From: Candidatus Sumerlaeia bacterium
GTDB taxonomy: Bacteria > Sumerlaeota > Sumerlaeia > SLMS01 > JANRJK01
Reading direction: 5' to 3'
Assembly: GCA_033764015.1 (NCBI GenBank)
Contig: JANRJK010000017.1
Span: forward strand, 32,001-96,000
DNA length: 64,000 bases
In this document: piece after piece, positions 1 to 10,388 of the stretch
Position numbering within the stretch: the stretch's first letter is position 1
Layout: every line of letters starts with the position of its first letter
The notes under the pieces: model-generated
Told to the model about the DNA's origin: nothing
The model's database searches: none
The model's input: only the letters and a program-made list of their open reading frames with translations
Translations under genes and position numbers: made by a program

Positions 1-99
1 GTGGTCCTACCTCCATGCGAAGCACTTGGACCACCACCTGCGGCAGTTCGGGGCCTGATCCCGACCCGTCCGGCCCGGACATTGCTCCCCCGGACTGGC

Positions 100-255
100 A
101 TGAAGAAACAAGACCTCCCCGCCAAAGTCTGCGCCGTCTGCGGCCGTCCATTCGCCTGGCGCCGCAAATGGAAGAAGGACTGGAACCAGGTGAAGTACTG
201 TTCGGACCGCTGCCGCGCGGCCTCCAAGCGCGGTCGGGCCGGGGATTCGGCATGA
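100..255 (+). CDS. DUF2256 family small zinc-ribbon protein
   Basis: [39 protein letters not shown] is the DUF2256 pattern (CxxC..W..V.YCS.RC); ATG at 100; stop overlaps the next ATG (ATGA). Confidence 0.9.
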   Translation: MKKQDLPAKVCAVCGRPFAWRRKWKKDWNQVKYCSDRCRAASKRGRAGDSA

Positions 256-1238
256 AGCCCTACGACGCCCTCATCGTCGGCGCGGGAATCGCCGGCCTGT
301 GCTGCGCCCGCGAAGCGGTGTCCGCCGGCTTGGACGTCCTGCTCGTGGACAAGGGTCGCTCGCCCGGCGGCAGGATGGCGACGCGGCACTACGAACGCCA
401 TGTCTTCGACCACGGCACCCAGTTCTTCACCGTGCGGCACCAGCGTTTCGGAGCCTTCGTGGAACGATGGCGGGATTGCGGCCTCGCGGCGGAGTGGTCC
501 CGCGGATTCCCCGGAACCCGCGACGGTATCCACGGCGCCCACCCCCGGTTCCGACCGGTGGACGGAATGGCCTCGCTGGCGGCGGACATGGCGCTCGACC
601 TCGACATCCACCAGAGCACCTTCGCGACCCAGGTGGTTTGGACGGGCGACCGCTGGCGAGTGGATACGGAATCAGGCTCCTTGGAATCGCGCGCCGTCGT
701 CCTGACGCCGCCGCCGCCGCAGTCGCTGGGCCTTCTGGCGGCGCTCCGCGGCGATGAGTGGGCCGCGCTGCGGCCGAAGCTCGCGGCCATCGAATACCGC
801 CCGTGCATCGCGGCGCTCGTCGAGCTTTCCAAGCCCTCCTTGGTCCCCGATCCAGGCGGCTACTACCCGCCCCCGGGCTCCCCGATCGATTGGATCGCCG
901 ACAACCACAAGAAGGGCGTATCGCCGGGGCACGCGGTCACCATCCATGCGACGGAGGCGTTCAGCCGCGAGCATCTCGAGGATGATCCCGCGGACGCCGC
1001 GCAGCTCCTGGTGCAGGCCGCCGCGGAGCTGCTCGGCTCCGAGCCGGTCCGCGTTTCGGGGCACCGCTGGCGCTACTCGCAGCCGATGAATCCGCACCCC
1101 GGGCCAATGGCGGCGATCCGCGCGCCGGGGCCGCTGGCCTTCGCGGGCGACTCCTTCGGCAAGCCCCGCCTCGAAGGCGCCGCGCTCTCGGGGTTCGCGG
1201 CGGGGGACTGGTTGCGCGCGGTCATCGGCGGCAACTAG
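252..1238 (+). CDS. Renalase-like NAD(P)/FAD-dependent oxidoreductase
   Basis: Rossmann [37 protein letters not shown]...LEGAALSG. Confidence 0.88.
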   Translation: MKPYDALIVGAGIAGLCCAREAVSAGLDVLLVDKGRSPGGRMATRHYERHVFDHGTQFFTVRHQRFGAFVERWRDCGLAAEWSRGFPGTRDGIHGAHPRFRPVDGMASLAADMALDLDIHQSTFATQVVWTGDRWRVDTESGSLESRAVVLTPPPPQSLGLLAALRGDEWAALRPKLAAIEYRPCIAALVELSKPSLVPDPGGYYPPPGSPIDWIADNHKKGVSPGHAVTIHATEAFSREHLEDDPADAAQLLVQAAAELLGSEPVRVSGHRWRYSQPMNPHPGPMAAIRAPGPLAFAGDSFGKPRLEGAALSGFAAGDWLRAVIGGN

Positions 1239-1270
1239 CCTCCCGCATCCCAGACCAACGGAGCCGCACC

Positions 1271-1717
1271 GTGCCCGTCGAGGCGCTCGCACTCCTGAAC
1301 GCCGCCCTCGCCCTGTCCATGACCGGCCTCATCTGGTTCGTGCAGGTCGTCCACTACCCCCTCTTCCTGAACGTGGCCGACGCGCAATGGCCCGCCTACC
1401 ACGACGCGCACACGCGCCGCACCACGTGGGTGGTCGCCGCTCCGATGGTGGGCGAACTGGCGGCGTCGCTGCTTCTGGCGTGGATGGTGTGGGACGGGCC
1501 GCTCCGCTGGCTGGGGGCGGGATCCGCCGCCTGCGCGGTGTTGCTCTGGGCGGCGACATTCCTGGTGCAGGTCCCGATCCACGAGCTGCTCGCGCAGGCG
1601 CCGCACCGCCCCTCGATGCGCCTACTCGTCGAAAGCAACTGGGTCCGCACCGCGCTTTGGACCGTGCGCTCCGCGCTGTCGCTCGCGATCGTGTGGAAGC
1701 TCCTAGGCGCCGCGTAG
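1271..1717 (+). CDS. Small multi-TM membrane protein (DUF1772/anthrone oxygenase-like)
   Basis: GLIWFVQVVHYP...HTRR...VPIH...NWVRT pattern; four hydrophobic segments. Confidence 0.7.
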   Translation: MPVEALALLNAALALSMTGLIWFVQVVHYPLFLNVADAQWPAYHDAHTRRTTWVVAAPMVGELAASLLLAWMVWDGPLRWLGAGSAACAVLLWAATFLVQVPIHELLAQAPHRPSMRLLVESNWVRTALWTVRSALSLAIVWKLLGAA

Positions 1718-1727
1718 CCGGGCCGCG

Positions 1728-2939
1728 CTACTCCGCCCCGGGACGCGTCGCCACGAGGCCGTTCTCCGAAGCCCACTGCGCGAGGTCGCGCCGCCCGATC
1801 GCGGCGGCCATCAGGTCGGGGAACTTGTCCGGTGTGCAGGCGAAGCTCGGCGCGCCCAGCGCGGCGAGCTTCGCCGCCAGCTCCGCGTCGTAGGACGGGT
1901 GGCCGCTGTCGCTCAGCGCGAGCAGCACCACCACCTGGACTCCCGATGCCAGCAGGTTCGCCACGCGCGCGACCAGCTGCTCCTCGACGCCGCCCTCGAA
2001 CAGGTCGCTGATGAGCACCAGGATCGTCTCCTGGGGCGCGCGGATGCGGCTCTGGCAGTAGGCCATCGCGCCGTTGATGTCCGTGCCGCCGCCGAGCTGC
2101 ACGCCGAAGAGCACGTCCACCGGATCTTCCAGTTCGTCCGTCAGGTCCACCACCGCCGTGTCGAACACGACCAGGCGCGTCGAGACCGCGGGGAGCGAGG
2201 CCATGACCGCGCCGAAAATGCTGGAGTAGACGATCGACTCCGCCATGGAGCCGCTCTGGTCGACGCAGAGGATGATGTCGCGCATTTTGCGCCGCTGCCG
2301 CCGTCCGTAGCCGACCAGCCGCTCGGGGATGATGGTGCCGTGCTCCGCCTGCCAGTGCTTGAGGTTCACCCGGATCGTCCGGTTCCAGTCGATCTCGCTG
2401 TGCCGCGGACGGTTGATGCGCGCGCTGCGGTTGAGCGCTCCCGAAACCGCCGCCCGCATCGGTGTCTCGAGCCGGCGCATCAGCTCCTCGACCACCTTGC
2501 GCACGACGCGGCGCGCGGTCTCGCGGGTGCGGGCGGGGATCACCGAACTCAACGACATGATCGTCGCGACCAGCCCCACGTCCGCCTCGACGGACTCGAG
2601 GAACTCTGGTTCGAGGAGCATGCGCTGCAGGCCGAGCCGCTCGAGCGCGTCCTTCTGGATCACGCGCACGACATCGGTGCGGAAGTAGTTGCGGATGTCG
2701 CCGAGCCAGCGGGCGACGTTCGGCGCGGAGCCGCCGAGGCCCGCGCTGCGCTTGCCGGATGCGGCGCCCGCGCTGCGCTTGCCGGATGAGGCGCCCGTGC
2801 CTGGCTGGTCGTAAAGCGCCGCGAGCGCCGCCTCCATCGCCGCGTCCGCGCCCGCGAGGGAGTGGCCGGTGCCATCGGCCTCGCCGCCGCCCAGCACCAT
2901 CCGCCAGCGCGCGGCGCGTTCTTCCGGAGTGATGCTCAC
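1728..2939 (-). CDS. VWA domain protein (YehP/CoxE-like)
   Basis: MIDAS DQSGSM, GGGTDI, ISDLFEG; GTG start at 2939 overlaps the upstream stop (GTGA). Confidence 0.9.
   Translation of the reverse strand: MSITPEERAARWRMVLGGGEADGTGHSLAGADAAMEAALAALYDQPGTGASSGKRSAGAASGKRSAGLGGSAPNVARWLGDIRNYFRTDVVRVIQKDALERLGLQRMLLEPEFLESVEADVGLVATIMSLSSVIPARTRETARRVVRKVVEELMRRLETPMRAAVSGALNRSARINRPRHSEIDWNRTIRVNLKHWQAEHGTIIPERLVGYGRRQRRKMRDIILCVDQSGSMAESIVYSSIFGAVMASLPAVSTRLVVFDTAVVDLTDELEDPVDVLFGVQLGGGTDINGAMAYCQSRIRAPQETILVLISDLFEGGVEEQLVARVANLLASGVQVVVLLALSDSGHPSYDAELAAKLAALGAPSFACTPDKFPDLMAAAIGRRDLAQWASENGLVATRPGAE
2739..2797. repeat. 27-bp tandem duplication (2 copies plus partial) inside the VWA gene
   Basis: gcccgcgctgcgcttgccggatg(c/a)ggc twice with one mismatch; encodes GASSGKRSA/GAASGKRSA in frame. 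Confidence 0.85.
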
Positions 2940-5254
2940 GATGGCGCCTCCGCTCCGAGCAGCGCCGCCAGGAGAGGCAGGACCGCATCCGCGCGCTCCG
3001 CGTCGAAACCCTCCGCCGCGACCGCGGGCGAGGCCACCGCCGCCGTCCCCGACGGGCGGCGGACGCGCTCGCCCATCATGCGCCGCTCCGCCGCCTCGAA
3101 CCGCGAGAAAGTCCGCCGCAGCACCGGCAGCACGTCGATGAACGCCTCCCGCGGAAGCCCGCAAAGCCAACCGTCGACGATGCCCCAAAGCACGTCCGAA
3201 TGGACCAGCAGCATGCCGCTCCCCCCGAGGAATCCTTCGACCCACGCCCCCGCCGCCGCCGCATCGCAGGAGCGCGACAGCGCGAGGCCGAACTGCACCG
3301 CGGCCTCGTCCGCCGCGAGCGCGCCGCCATCGAGCAGCAGCCGGCAGGCGCGCCCCGCAACCAACCCGTGCGGCGGCGTCCCGCCGAGGAGCCCCGCCAG
3401 CGCGCGCCGCCACTCACCGAGGAGCGCGGCGCGCTCGAGCAGCCCAATCGCCGCATCCACCGCGGTGAACCGCGCGGCCATCGCCCCGGCCGCCTCGTCG
3501 TCCAGCGCCACGCAGGCGGCCTTGAGCCCGATGCACGCGCGCGCCGCCATCGACTCGAAGACGCGCAGGATGCCGCCGGGGTCGGTGCCCCGCACATCGC
3601 CGTAGCGGCACGCCCTCGCCAGCGGGGGCAGCGCGTCCAGCAGTTGCACCGCGTCCCCCGACACCGCGGCGAGCGCGCCGAGGCGCTCCATCACCGCCGC
3701 GACCGCGTCGGGCAGCTCGGCCGGCAGCACCGCCAGCGCCAGCGTCGCCAGCTCCGCGATCCGCTTCGTCTCCCGCGCGAGCTTCACAGCGCGGGCGCCG
3801 GCCGCGTTCTCGACCGTGTTGCCATGGACCGACGCCGCGACGACGGACACCGCGAGCTCCGGCAGCCACTGCAGCCGCCACGACTCGCGGAACGTCCCGC
3901 GGCCGCCGGCCTCCCGCATCGCCCCCCAATGGACATCGAGCAGCAGCAACCGGTGCAGCAGCCGGCTCCGCTCGAGGTCGGTCGCATTGCGCAGATCGAG
4001 GTCGACGTCCTTGTGGTCCGCCGTCGGCTTCAGGCGCAGGCGCTTCTGCTGGCGCTCGAGGTCGGCGCGGAGCGGCGGCGCCGGCACGCCTTCCGGCACC
4101 TCGCCCAGCGCGACGCCCACCACGAGGGTCTTCCGGATGAGCGCGAGCGGCGCGGGCTCTCCGAACAGCATCACGGACACGGCCGCCTCGTCCATCTCGC
4201 GAAGTCCCGGGGCGTGGACCCCGCGCACGGCGCAGAGCGCGTCCACCAGCCGCACGGCCTCGATCAAGTGCCCGGGCGAGACGTCGAAGTCGCGCTCGCG
4301 CAGCACGGCGGCGACGCGCGCGAGCCAGCGCGCCGGCAGCCCGCCGCCGCCCTCCGCGCCCGAATTGCGCCAGAGGAACTCGTACCAGCCGGGGGACTCC
4401 ACACCCGCCGCATAGCCGCTGCCGCTCGCAAGCCGCTCGTAGGTCCAGGGGGCCCAGGTCGCCTCGGTCTTGATCTTCGGAAGCCCCCGTAGCAGCCCCG
4501 CGTCCTCCTTCGCCGCGGGCATCGCGGCGAGCGCCGGGGCGTGCCACGCGCCGCACACCACCGCGATGCGCTCGAAGCCCTCCTTGCGCGCCTCGCGGAT
4601 CTCCGAGCGCATCCACGCCTCGCGGAGCAGGTCGCGCTCGTCGGCGCCGACCTCCGCCCGCACCGCGGCCATCGCCTCGGCGACCGCCTCGAACACGCCG
4701 TCGCGCCCTGAGCGCTGCTCGACGAGCTGCTCCCACCAGCGCTCGGGATCGTCGCTCCCCGCCGCCCTCGCGAGCAGCGCCAGCGGGTCGCGCCGCCACT
4801 CCGGCGGAAGCTCCTCGTCCTGCTCGGGTCCGGCCTCCCCGGGTACGGCGCTGTCGTCCGCTTCCACCGCATCGTCCGGCTCCGCGGCGGCGGCGGCGGC
4901 CTCTTCAAGCTGCTTGCGGAGGGCGAGCCAATGGCGTTGAGGCAGGTCGATGAAGCGGGCCGGGACTCCCGCCGCCGCGGCGTGCCGGAGCGCCTGCCAC
5001 TCCGGGGAGAACTCGGCGAAGGGGTAGAACGCCCCGCGGCTTGGCTCCTCGGGGTCGTAGACCATCAGCGCCACCGGGGGCTTCATCGCGGGGTCGGCGG
5101 CGAGCGCGGCGAGGTGCGTCGCGTCCCCGGGTCCTTCCACCAGCACGCAGTCGGGGCGCAGCTCCTCCAGGGCGCGCAGGAGGCTGCGCGCCGATCCCGG
5201 CCCGTGGTGCCGGATGCCGAAGACGGCGACCCGCTGGTCCATGGCGGAGGTCAT
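2936..5254 (-). CDS. DUF5682 family protein (YehM-like)
   Basis: N-terminal FGIRHHGPGSA, VLVEGP, PFAEFSPEW, VVCGAWH; lies between the MoxR and VWA genes. Confidence 0.88.
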   Translation of the reverse strand: MTSAMDQRVAVFGIRHHGPGSARSLLRALEELRPDCVLVEGPGDATHLAALAADPAMKPPVALMVYDPEEPSRGAFYPFAEFSPEWQALRHAAAAGVPARFIDLPQRHWLALRKQLEEAAAAAAEPDDAVEADDSAVPGEAGPEQDEELPPEWRRDPLALLARAAGSDDPERWWEQLVEQRSGRDGVFEAVAEAMAAVRAEVGADERDLLREAWMRSEIREARKEGFERIAVVCGAWHAPALAAMPAAKEDAGLLRGLPKIKTEATWAPWTYERLASGSGYAAGVESPGWYEFLWRNSGAEGGGGLPARWLARVAAVLRERDFDVSPGHLIEAVRLVDALCAVRGVHAPGLREMDEAAVSVMLFGEPAPLALIRKTLVVGVALGEVPEGVPAPPLRADLERQQKRLRLKPTADHKDVDLDLRNATDLERSRLLHRLLLLDVHWGAMREAGGRGTFRESWRLQWLPELAVSVVAASVHGNTVENAAGARAVKLARETKRIAELATLALAVLPAELPDAVAAVMERLGALAAVSGDAVQLLDALPPLARACRYGDVRGTDPGGILRVFESMAARACIGLKAACVALDDEAAGAMAARFTAVDAAIGLLERAALLGEWRRALAGLLGGTPPHGLVAGRACRLLLDGGALAADEAAVQFGLALSRSCDAAAAGAWVEGFLGGSGMLLVHSDVLWGIVDGWLCGLPREAFIDVLPVLRRTFSRFEAAERRMMGERVRRPSGTAAVASPAVAAEGFDAERADAVLPLLAALLGAEAPS

Positions 5255-5264
5255 CGCGGCGCGC

Positions 5265-6344
5265 TCAGCAGACCTCGCGGCACGCGCGGTAGAGGTCCTT
5301 CCAGCCGTCGCGCTCCTTCGCCACCGTCTCGAGGTACTCCCGGAAGACCAACGAGTCCTGCACGGGGTCCTTGACGATGGCGCCGACGATCCCGGCGGCG
5401 AGGTCCGACGCCGTCAGCACGCCGTCGCCGAAGTGCGCTGCGAGCGCCATCCCGCTCGTCACCACGGAGATCGCCTCCGCGGTGCTCATGCTGCCGCTCG
5501 GCGACTTCAGCTTCGCCTTGCCGTCGAGCGTCAGCCCGTCGCGCAGCTCGCGGAAGATCGCGACGACGCGGCGGATCTCCTCGAGGGCGGGGCGCTCCGC
5601 GGGGATCTCGAGGGCGCGCCCCAGCGCCGCCACGCGCCGCTCGACGATGTCGACCTCCTCCTCGATCGTCGCCGGCGTCGGAAGCACCACCGTGTTGAAG
5701 CGCCGCTTCAGCGCGCTCGACATCTCGTTCACGCCCTTGTCGCGGTTGTTCGCCGTGGCGATCACGTTGAAGCCCTTGCGCGCCTGCGTCTCCGTTCCCA
5801 GCTCCGGGATCGGCAGCGTCTTCTCCGAGAGGATCGTGATCAGCGTGTCCTGGACGTCGGCGGGCACGCGGGTCAGCTCCTCCACGCGCGCGATCTTCCC
5901 CAGTTCCATCGCGTGCATCATGGGGCTCGGCACCAGCGCCTCGCGCGAGGGGCCCTTCGCGAGCAACTGCGCGTAGTTCCACCCGTAGCGGATCGACTCC
6001 TCGCTGGTGCCCGCGGTGCCCTGCACCAGCATCGTCGAGTCGCCGGAGACCGCCGCGGCGAGATGCTCCGATACCCACGACTTCGCCGTTCCGGGCACCC
6101 CGTACAGCAGCAGCGCCCGGTCCGTCGCGAGCGTCGAGACCGCGATCTCGATCAGGCGGCGGTTGCCGATGTACTTCGGCGCGACCTCGAAACCGTTATC
6201 GAGCTTCCCACCAAGCAGGTACGTCGCGACCGCCCACGGCGACAGCTTCCAGTTCGGCGGACGCGTCCGGGTGTCGGCTTCGCCGAGGGCGGCGAGCTCC
6301 TCGGCGAACTGCTGCTCGGCGTGATCGCGCATGACCATGCTCAT
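5265..6344 (-). CDS. MoxR-type AAA+ ATPase (YehL-like)
   Basis: Walker A GVPGTAKS, RVEELTR, TANNRDKGVNEMSSALKRRF. Confidence 0.92.
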   Translation of the reverse strand: MSMVMRDHAEQQFAEELAALGEADTRTRPPNWKLSPWAVATYLLGGKLDNGFEVAPKYIGNRRLIEIAVSTLATDRALLLYGVPGTAKSWVSEHLAAAVSGDSTMLVQGTAGTSEESIRYGWNYAQLLAKGPSREALVPSPMMHAMELGKIARVEELTRVPADVQDTLITILSEKTLPIPELGTETQARKGFNVIATANNRDKGVNEMSSALKRRFNTVVLPTPATIEEEVDIVERRVAALGRALEIPAERPALEEIRRVVAIFRELRDGLTLDGKAKLKSPSGSMSTAEAISVVTSGMALAAHFGDGVLTASDLAAGIVGAIVKDPVQDSLVFREYLETVAKERDGWKDLYRACREVC

Positions 6345-7861
6345 GGCTTCGCCTCCTCATGGATTCGGTACCTCAATTCGTAGTGCCGCAGGACTCTGTC
6401 GATCTCCGCCGCGGAGTGGTCGGAGGGGGGATCCGCTTCCTTCCACCGCGCCAAGAACTCCGGGTAGAGCGAAGGCGCGCCAAACCAGCACAGGTCATAG
6501 AGAAGCCGCATGGCGCGCGAAGAGCGGCCGATGTCCCTGCACTTGGCCACCACCGCCGCCTCGACCGCCCGCGACAGCTCCAAAGGATAGCTTCGCAGCG
6601 CGGCGAACGAAGGAAGCAGATCGAGCGCCTGGATCAGCTCCCCCTTCCCCAGCAGGTCGATCGTCCGCCGCAGTCGCTCCGCCTCCGGCAGCGCGGCGGC
6701 GGCGCCCCGGAGCCGCGCCCGGTAGCCTCCGAGGGGCTCTTCGCCGGGCATGTCGCTCGTTGTTCCGGATTCGGCCAACTCAAGGTAGGCGCGCGCCCAC
6801 TCGACGTTCTGCTGGGCCTGCAGCGCGTCGAGCCATCCATTGTCGAGCTGGGCCGCCCACTCGCTGCCGCGCACGGCGGCGATCAGCTCGCGCGGCGACA
6901 TCCCCGTCGCGTCGGTCCACGCCTCCAAGGATGCCTTGGTGGCGATCTCGGTCAGCAGACGGCCACGGGCGCCCGGCACGACCCCGCCGCCCTTGACCGC
7001 TGGGAGCTCCAGGCAATCCCGCTTCCCCGCGGCGTCCAGCTCCTTCGGCGGTTCGATGCCCAATCCCCCGTCTTGTCCCGCGCCGGGCCGTAGCACCCCG
7101 CGGGCGCGCTCGTTCATCCGCGCGATGAACGCGGAGCCCCGCAGCTGCGCCAACAGCAGCGAGGCCTCCTTGGCGACGTCCTTGCTCCGGTCGTCGAGGC
7201 ACGCTTCGAGGAACGCCTCGTCCCCGGGGCCAAGCCCCTCCTGAAGCTCCCGCACGAATAGGCTCCGCGTCTTGGCGTGCTCGCCCTTCCAGCCCGCCTC
7301 GACCACGGCGCGCGCCTTGGCGGGGTCCGTGGCGCGCATGATGCGGAGGTGCCCGGCGCGTTCCTGGGGACTTCCCTCCCAGTGGTCGGGATCCACCACG
7401 GGTGCGACAACGGCGCGCCACTCCGGGCGCATGAGCCCGAGCGCCAGCCCGCGTTTGCCGAGCACCGGCAGGATCAACCCCCTCATCCCGGGCTCCTTCG
7501 CCGCGTGGTCCAATAGCGCCGGCGCAGCTTCCGCCGGGACGATCAGCCCGCGGGAGGCCAGCACCCTCATCGCTTCCTCAAGGATCCCGGGGTAGTCCTC
7601 CCAGAGGCGCGCGGCGGGCGGGCGGACCGTCGGGAGGTCCTCCGGTTCCGTTGCGAAAGGGGGCGGCACATCGGGGGCGGCTGCTGCGCGCCGCCCCGCG
7701 GCCCTCCAGGTCCCCAACAGCCCCGCGCATGCCGCCAGCGCATCCGCGGGCGCAGACGCCTTCAACGCCGCCGCCATCCCGGCGGGGAGCGCCGGCGGAG
7801 TGAACGGCTGCCGCTCCGTTCCCACCAGCGCCGCGCGCACCGTCTCGTTCCAAGCGTCCAT
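6341..7861 (-). CDS. DUF5691 domain protein
   Basis: Starts MDAWNETVRAALVGTER; LGKRGLAL, DEAFLEACLDDRSKDV; position in yeh-like operon. Confidence 0.8.
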   Translation of the reverse strand: MDAWNETVRAALVGTERQPFTPPALPAGMAAALKASAPADALAACAGLLGTWRAAGRRAAAAPDVPPPFATEPEDLPTVRPPAARLWEDYPGILEEAMRVLASRGLIVPAEAAPALLDHAAKEPGMRGLILPVLGKRGLALGLMRPEWRAVVAPVVDPDHWEGSPQERAGHLRIMRATDPAKARAVVEAGWKGEHAKTRSLFVRELQEGLGPGDEAFLEACLDDRSKDVAKEASLLLAQLRGSAFIARMNERARGVLRPGAGQDGGLGIEPPKELDAAGKRDCLELPAVKGGGVVPGARGRLLTEIATKASLEAWTDATGMSPRELIAAVRGSEWAAQLDNGWLDALQAQQNVEWARAYLELAESGTTSDMPGEEPLGGYRARLRGAAAALPEAERLRRTIDLLGKGELIQALDLLPSFAALRSYPLELSRAVEAAVVAKCRDIGRSSRAMRLLYDLCWFGAPSLYPEFLARWKEADPPSDHSAAEIDRVLRHYELRYRIHEEAKP

Positions 7862-7865
7862 CGCG

Positions 7866-9194
7866 TCAGACCCCGACGGGGAAGTGGCGCCCGCCCGCGT
7901 CCAGCGCGAGCAGCCGCAGCGTCGATTCGTCCCACTCCCCGAAAACGGTGGCGGGGTGGCCGCCGGTGAAGGCGAACGCCCGCCAAAGCTCGGCGTCGCG
8001 CCCCCGGACCGGCAGGCAGCGCCCGGCGGAGTCCACCACCAGGAACCGCCCATTGTGCACCGCCAGGCGGGTGTCGCGCACCACCATCGGGAACAGCTCG
8101 ATCCACGGGTTCCTGCCCACCGCCGCGCCGTAGGCGGCGAGCCCCTCGTCAAGGCTTGCGAATCCCCCCGCCGGTCCGCGCCCGACCGCCGCTCCGCGCG
8201 ACTTCTCGATGGCGCGCAGGGGGGCGCCGGAAGGGTAGAACACCAACTCCGCTTCGTGCGCCTTCCCCGCGGGAAAGGCGTAGTCGAACGCGCCCTTGGG
8301 TCTCGCATAGGAGAGCACGAGCGCCATGCGTCCGCTCTCCAGCCCCGCCAGCCAAGTCCGCTGCACCCGTAGGCCGTCCCCGTCCTCTTCCGCATACTGC
8401 GCCCATGCGAACCAGCGGTCGCGGACGCCGGGGGCCGCCAGCAACTCCTCCTTCGATTGGGTGAACCCCACCTGTGCGCGGACGTCATCGCGGGTGTCGG
8501 GGGGCAGCGACTGGACCCTGCGCCACGCCCCGATCAGGAGGTGGATGCGCCCGACCTGCCGCACCGCGCGGTCCTCCCAACCCCCGCCGGACGCGCAATG
8601 CTCCGAGAGCAGCCTCGCCTGCCGCGCGAGCCCCGGGGCCTGCGCATCGACGAGGCGCGCCGCCATGCGCTGCCAGAACGCGGCGGGCTCCGCCTTCACC
8701 GCCGCCAGGCCCCGTCGCGCCAAGTCGCGCAGCCAAAGCTCCAGCTCGTCCACGCCGGCGGCGACGCGGGCCTCCCGCTGCTCCGCGCGCTTCGCCGCCG
8801 CAGCCGGATCGGCGGGCGCTTTCGGGCCCTCCTCGGCGCGCTCGGCCTTCTTCGCGGCCCGCCCGGCGCGCGCGTCGAGCCACTCCGCCACCCACGGCGG
8901 GGGCTCGCCGGCGGTGAAGGAGGACGGCGAGGACGCCCAAAGCAGCAGCGCACCGAGGCCGTGCTTGCACGGAAACTTTCGACTGGGGCAGGAGCACTTG
9001 AACGCGGGCTCCGACAGGTCCACGCGCACCTGGTACGGGGTCTTGCCGCTTCCCTGGCACTCCCCCCACAGCGCGCCGCCGCCCTCGCCGAGCGAGACCC
9101 ACTTGCGCGGCGAGGCAAGCTCCTTCCCCGCCGACGCCGCGGAGGCGTCGGGCGCGAGCGAGAGGACCTGCTCGACGGTGAACGACTGCCCCAT
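7866..9194 (-). CDS. SWIM zinc finger protein (YehQ-like)
   Basis: WGECQGSGKTPY, CSCPSRKFPCKH SWIM motif, LVDAQAPGLA. Confidence 0.9.
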   Translation of the reverse strand: MGQSFTVEQVLSLAPDASAASAGKELASPRKWVSLGEGGGALWGECQGSGKTPYQVRVDLSEPAFKCSCPSRKFPCKHGLGALLLWASSPSSFTAGEPPPWVAEWLDARAGRAAKKAERAEEGPKAPADPAAAAKRAEQREARVAAGVDELELWLRDLARRGLAAVKAEPAAFWQRMAARLVDAQAPGLARQARLLSEHCASGGGWEDRAVRQVGRIHLLIGAWRRVQSLPPDTRDDVRAQVGFTQSKEELLAAPGVRDRWFAWAQYAEEDGDGLRVQRTWLAGLESGRMALVLSYARPKGAFDYAFPAGKAHEAELVFYPSGAPLRAIEKSRGAAVGRGPAGGFASLDEGLAAYGAAVGRNPWIELFPMVVRDTRLAVHNGRFLVVDSAGRCLPVRGRDAELWRAFAFTGGHPATVFGEWDESTLRLLALDAGGRHFPVGV

Positions 9195-9294
9195 GCCTGC
9201 TCTCCGAACAGGGATGCCGCCGCTTCAAGACTCGTGTGACATTTGAAATCCGGCCGGGACCGGGACCTTGGCGCGAGGGGAATCCGCGCCCCCG

Positions 9295-10293
9295 TCAGCG
9301 CGCGATGCCCGCCTCGACAAGCTGGTGCAGGTGGACCATGCCTTCGAGCCGGCCTTCGGCATCGACCGCCGGGAGCACGGTGATCTTGTGCGTCTCCATC
9401 AGGTCCACGGCCTTCACGCCGAGCAGTTCCGCCGGCACGCGCTTGGGGTTATGCACCATCACTTCGCGGATCGGGACATTGTCGGCGATGGTGTGGCGCA
9501 GGCACCACAAGCGGCGGAAGTCGCCGTCGGTGAAGATGCCCACCAGACGCCGCTCCGCATCGATGATCGCGACCGCGCCGAGGCGCCCCTTGTTCAGGGC
9601 GTCGACCGCCTCCTGCAGCGTCACGTCCTCGCCGACCGCGGGCAGGTCGGCGCCCTTGCGCATCACGTCGGAGACCTTCATCAGCAGCCGCCGCCCCAGC
9701 GCCCCGAGCGGGTGCCGGATCGCGAAGTCCTCCGCGGTGAAGCCGCGCCGCCGGATCAGCGCCGCCGCCAAAGCGTCGCCGATCGCAAGCTGCAGCGTCG
9801 TGCTCGACATCGGCGCGAGGTTCAGCGGGCAGGCCTCCGCGTCGACGCGACTCTCGAGCACCACCTGCGCGCCCTGCGCCAGCGGCGACTCCGCGGAGCC
9901 GGTGACCGCCACCACGGGGACCGAGTGCGCGGTGAGGAACGGAAGCAGGTTCAGCACCTCCTCCGTCGCGCCGCTCTGCGAAAAGAGCAGCGCGGCGCTG
10001 CCGGAAACCACCATGCCGAGGTCGCCGTGCAGCGCCTCCGAGGCGTGGAGGAAAACCGCCGGCGTCCCGGTGGAGGCGAGCGTCGCGGCCACCTTCGCGG
10101 CGATGTGCCCGCTCTTGCCGAGACCGCTCACTACGACCGGCGCGCTCGCCGCGTGAAGCAGCCGCACCGCCTCGACGAAGCGCGAATCGTCGATACGCTC
10201 CGCGGCGGCGGCGAGCGCGGCGGACTCCGCCAGGAGCACGCGGCGCGCCTCGCTCTTCCAATCGTCCGGCTGTGTGGCGATTCCAACAGGCAT
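9295..10293 (-). CDS. kdsD: KpsF/GutQ family arabinose-5-phosphate isomerase (SIS + CBS)
   Basis: GLGKSGHIAAKVAATLASTGTP, EALHGDLG, EACPLNLAP, HPLGALG, C-terminal CBS pair. Confidence 0.92.
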   Translation of the reverse strand: MPVGIATQPDDWKSEARRVLLAESAALAAAAERIDDSRFVEAVRLLHAASAPVVVSGLGKSGHIAAKVAATLASTGTPAVFLHASEALHGDLGMVVSGSAALLFSQSGATEEVLNLLPFLTAHSVPVVAVTGSAESPLAQGAQVVLESRVDAEACPLNLAPMSSTTLQLAIGDALAAALIRRRGFTAEDFAIRHPLGALGRRLLMKVSDVMRKGADLPAVGEDVTLQEAVDALNKGRLGAVAIIDAERRLVGIFTDGDFRRLWCLRHTIADNVPIREVMVHNPKRVPAELLGVKAVDLMETHKITVLPAVDAEGRLEGMVHLHQLVEAGIAR

Positions 10294-10388
10294 GCGTGGA
10301 TGCTGGCCACCGGCGCGCACGGCTGCAAGGACGAGCTTGGCACTTCCCGGTTGCGAAACAGGGGGGAGGTCCGACGCACTGGCCGCCT

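Noticed and set aside
2752..2766. TTGCCGGATGCGGCG resembles the start of an enterobacterial REP
   Set aside because: Inside a CDS, lacks the second REP arm, and is explained by the codon-level duplication
6341..8488. 715-aa ORF suggesting a longer DUF5691 protein (likewise extended starts for VWA, lon, ppx and the regulator)
   Set aside because: The extensions overlap upstream genes in another frame or lack family similarity; internal starts fit family N-termini and operon overlaps
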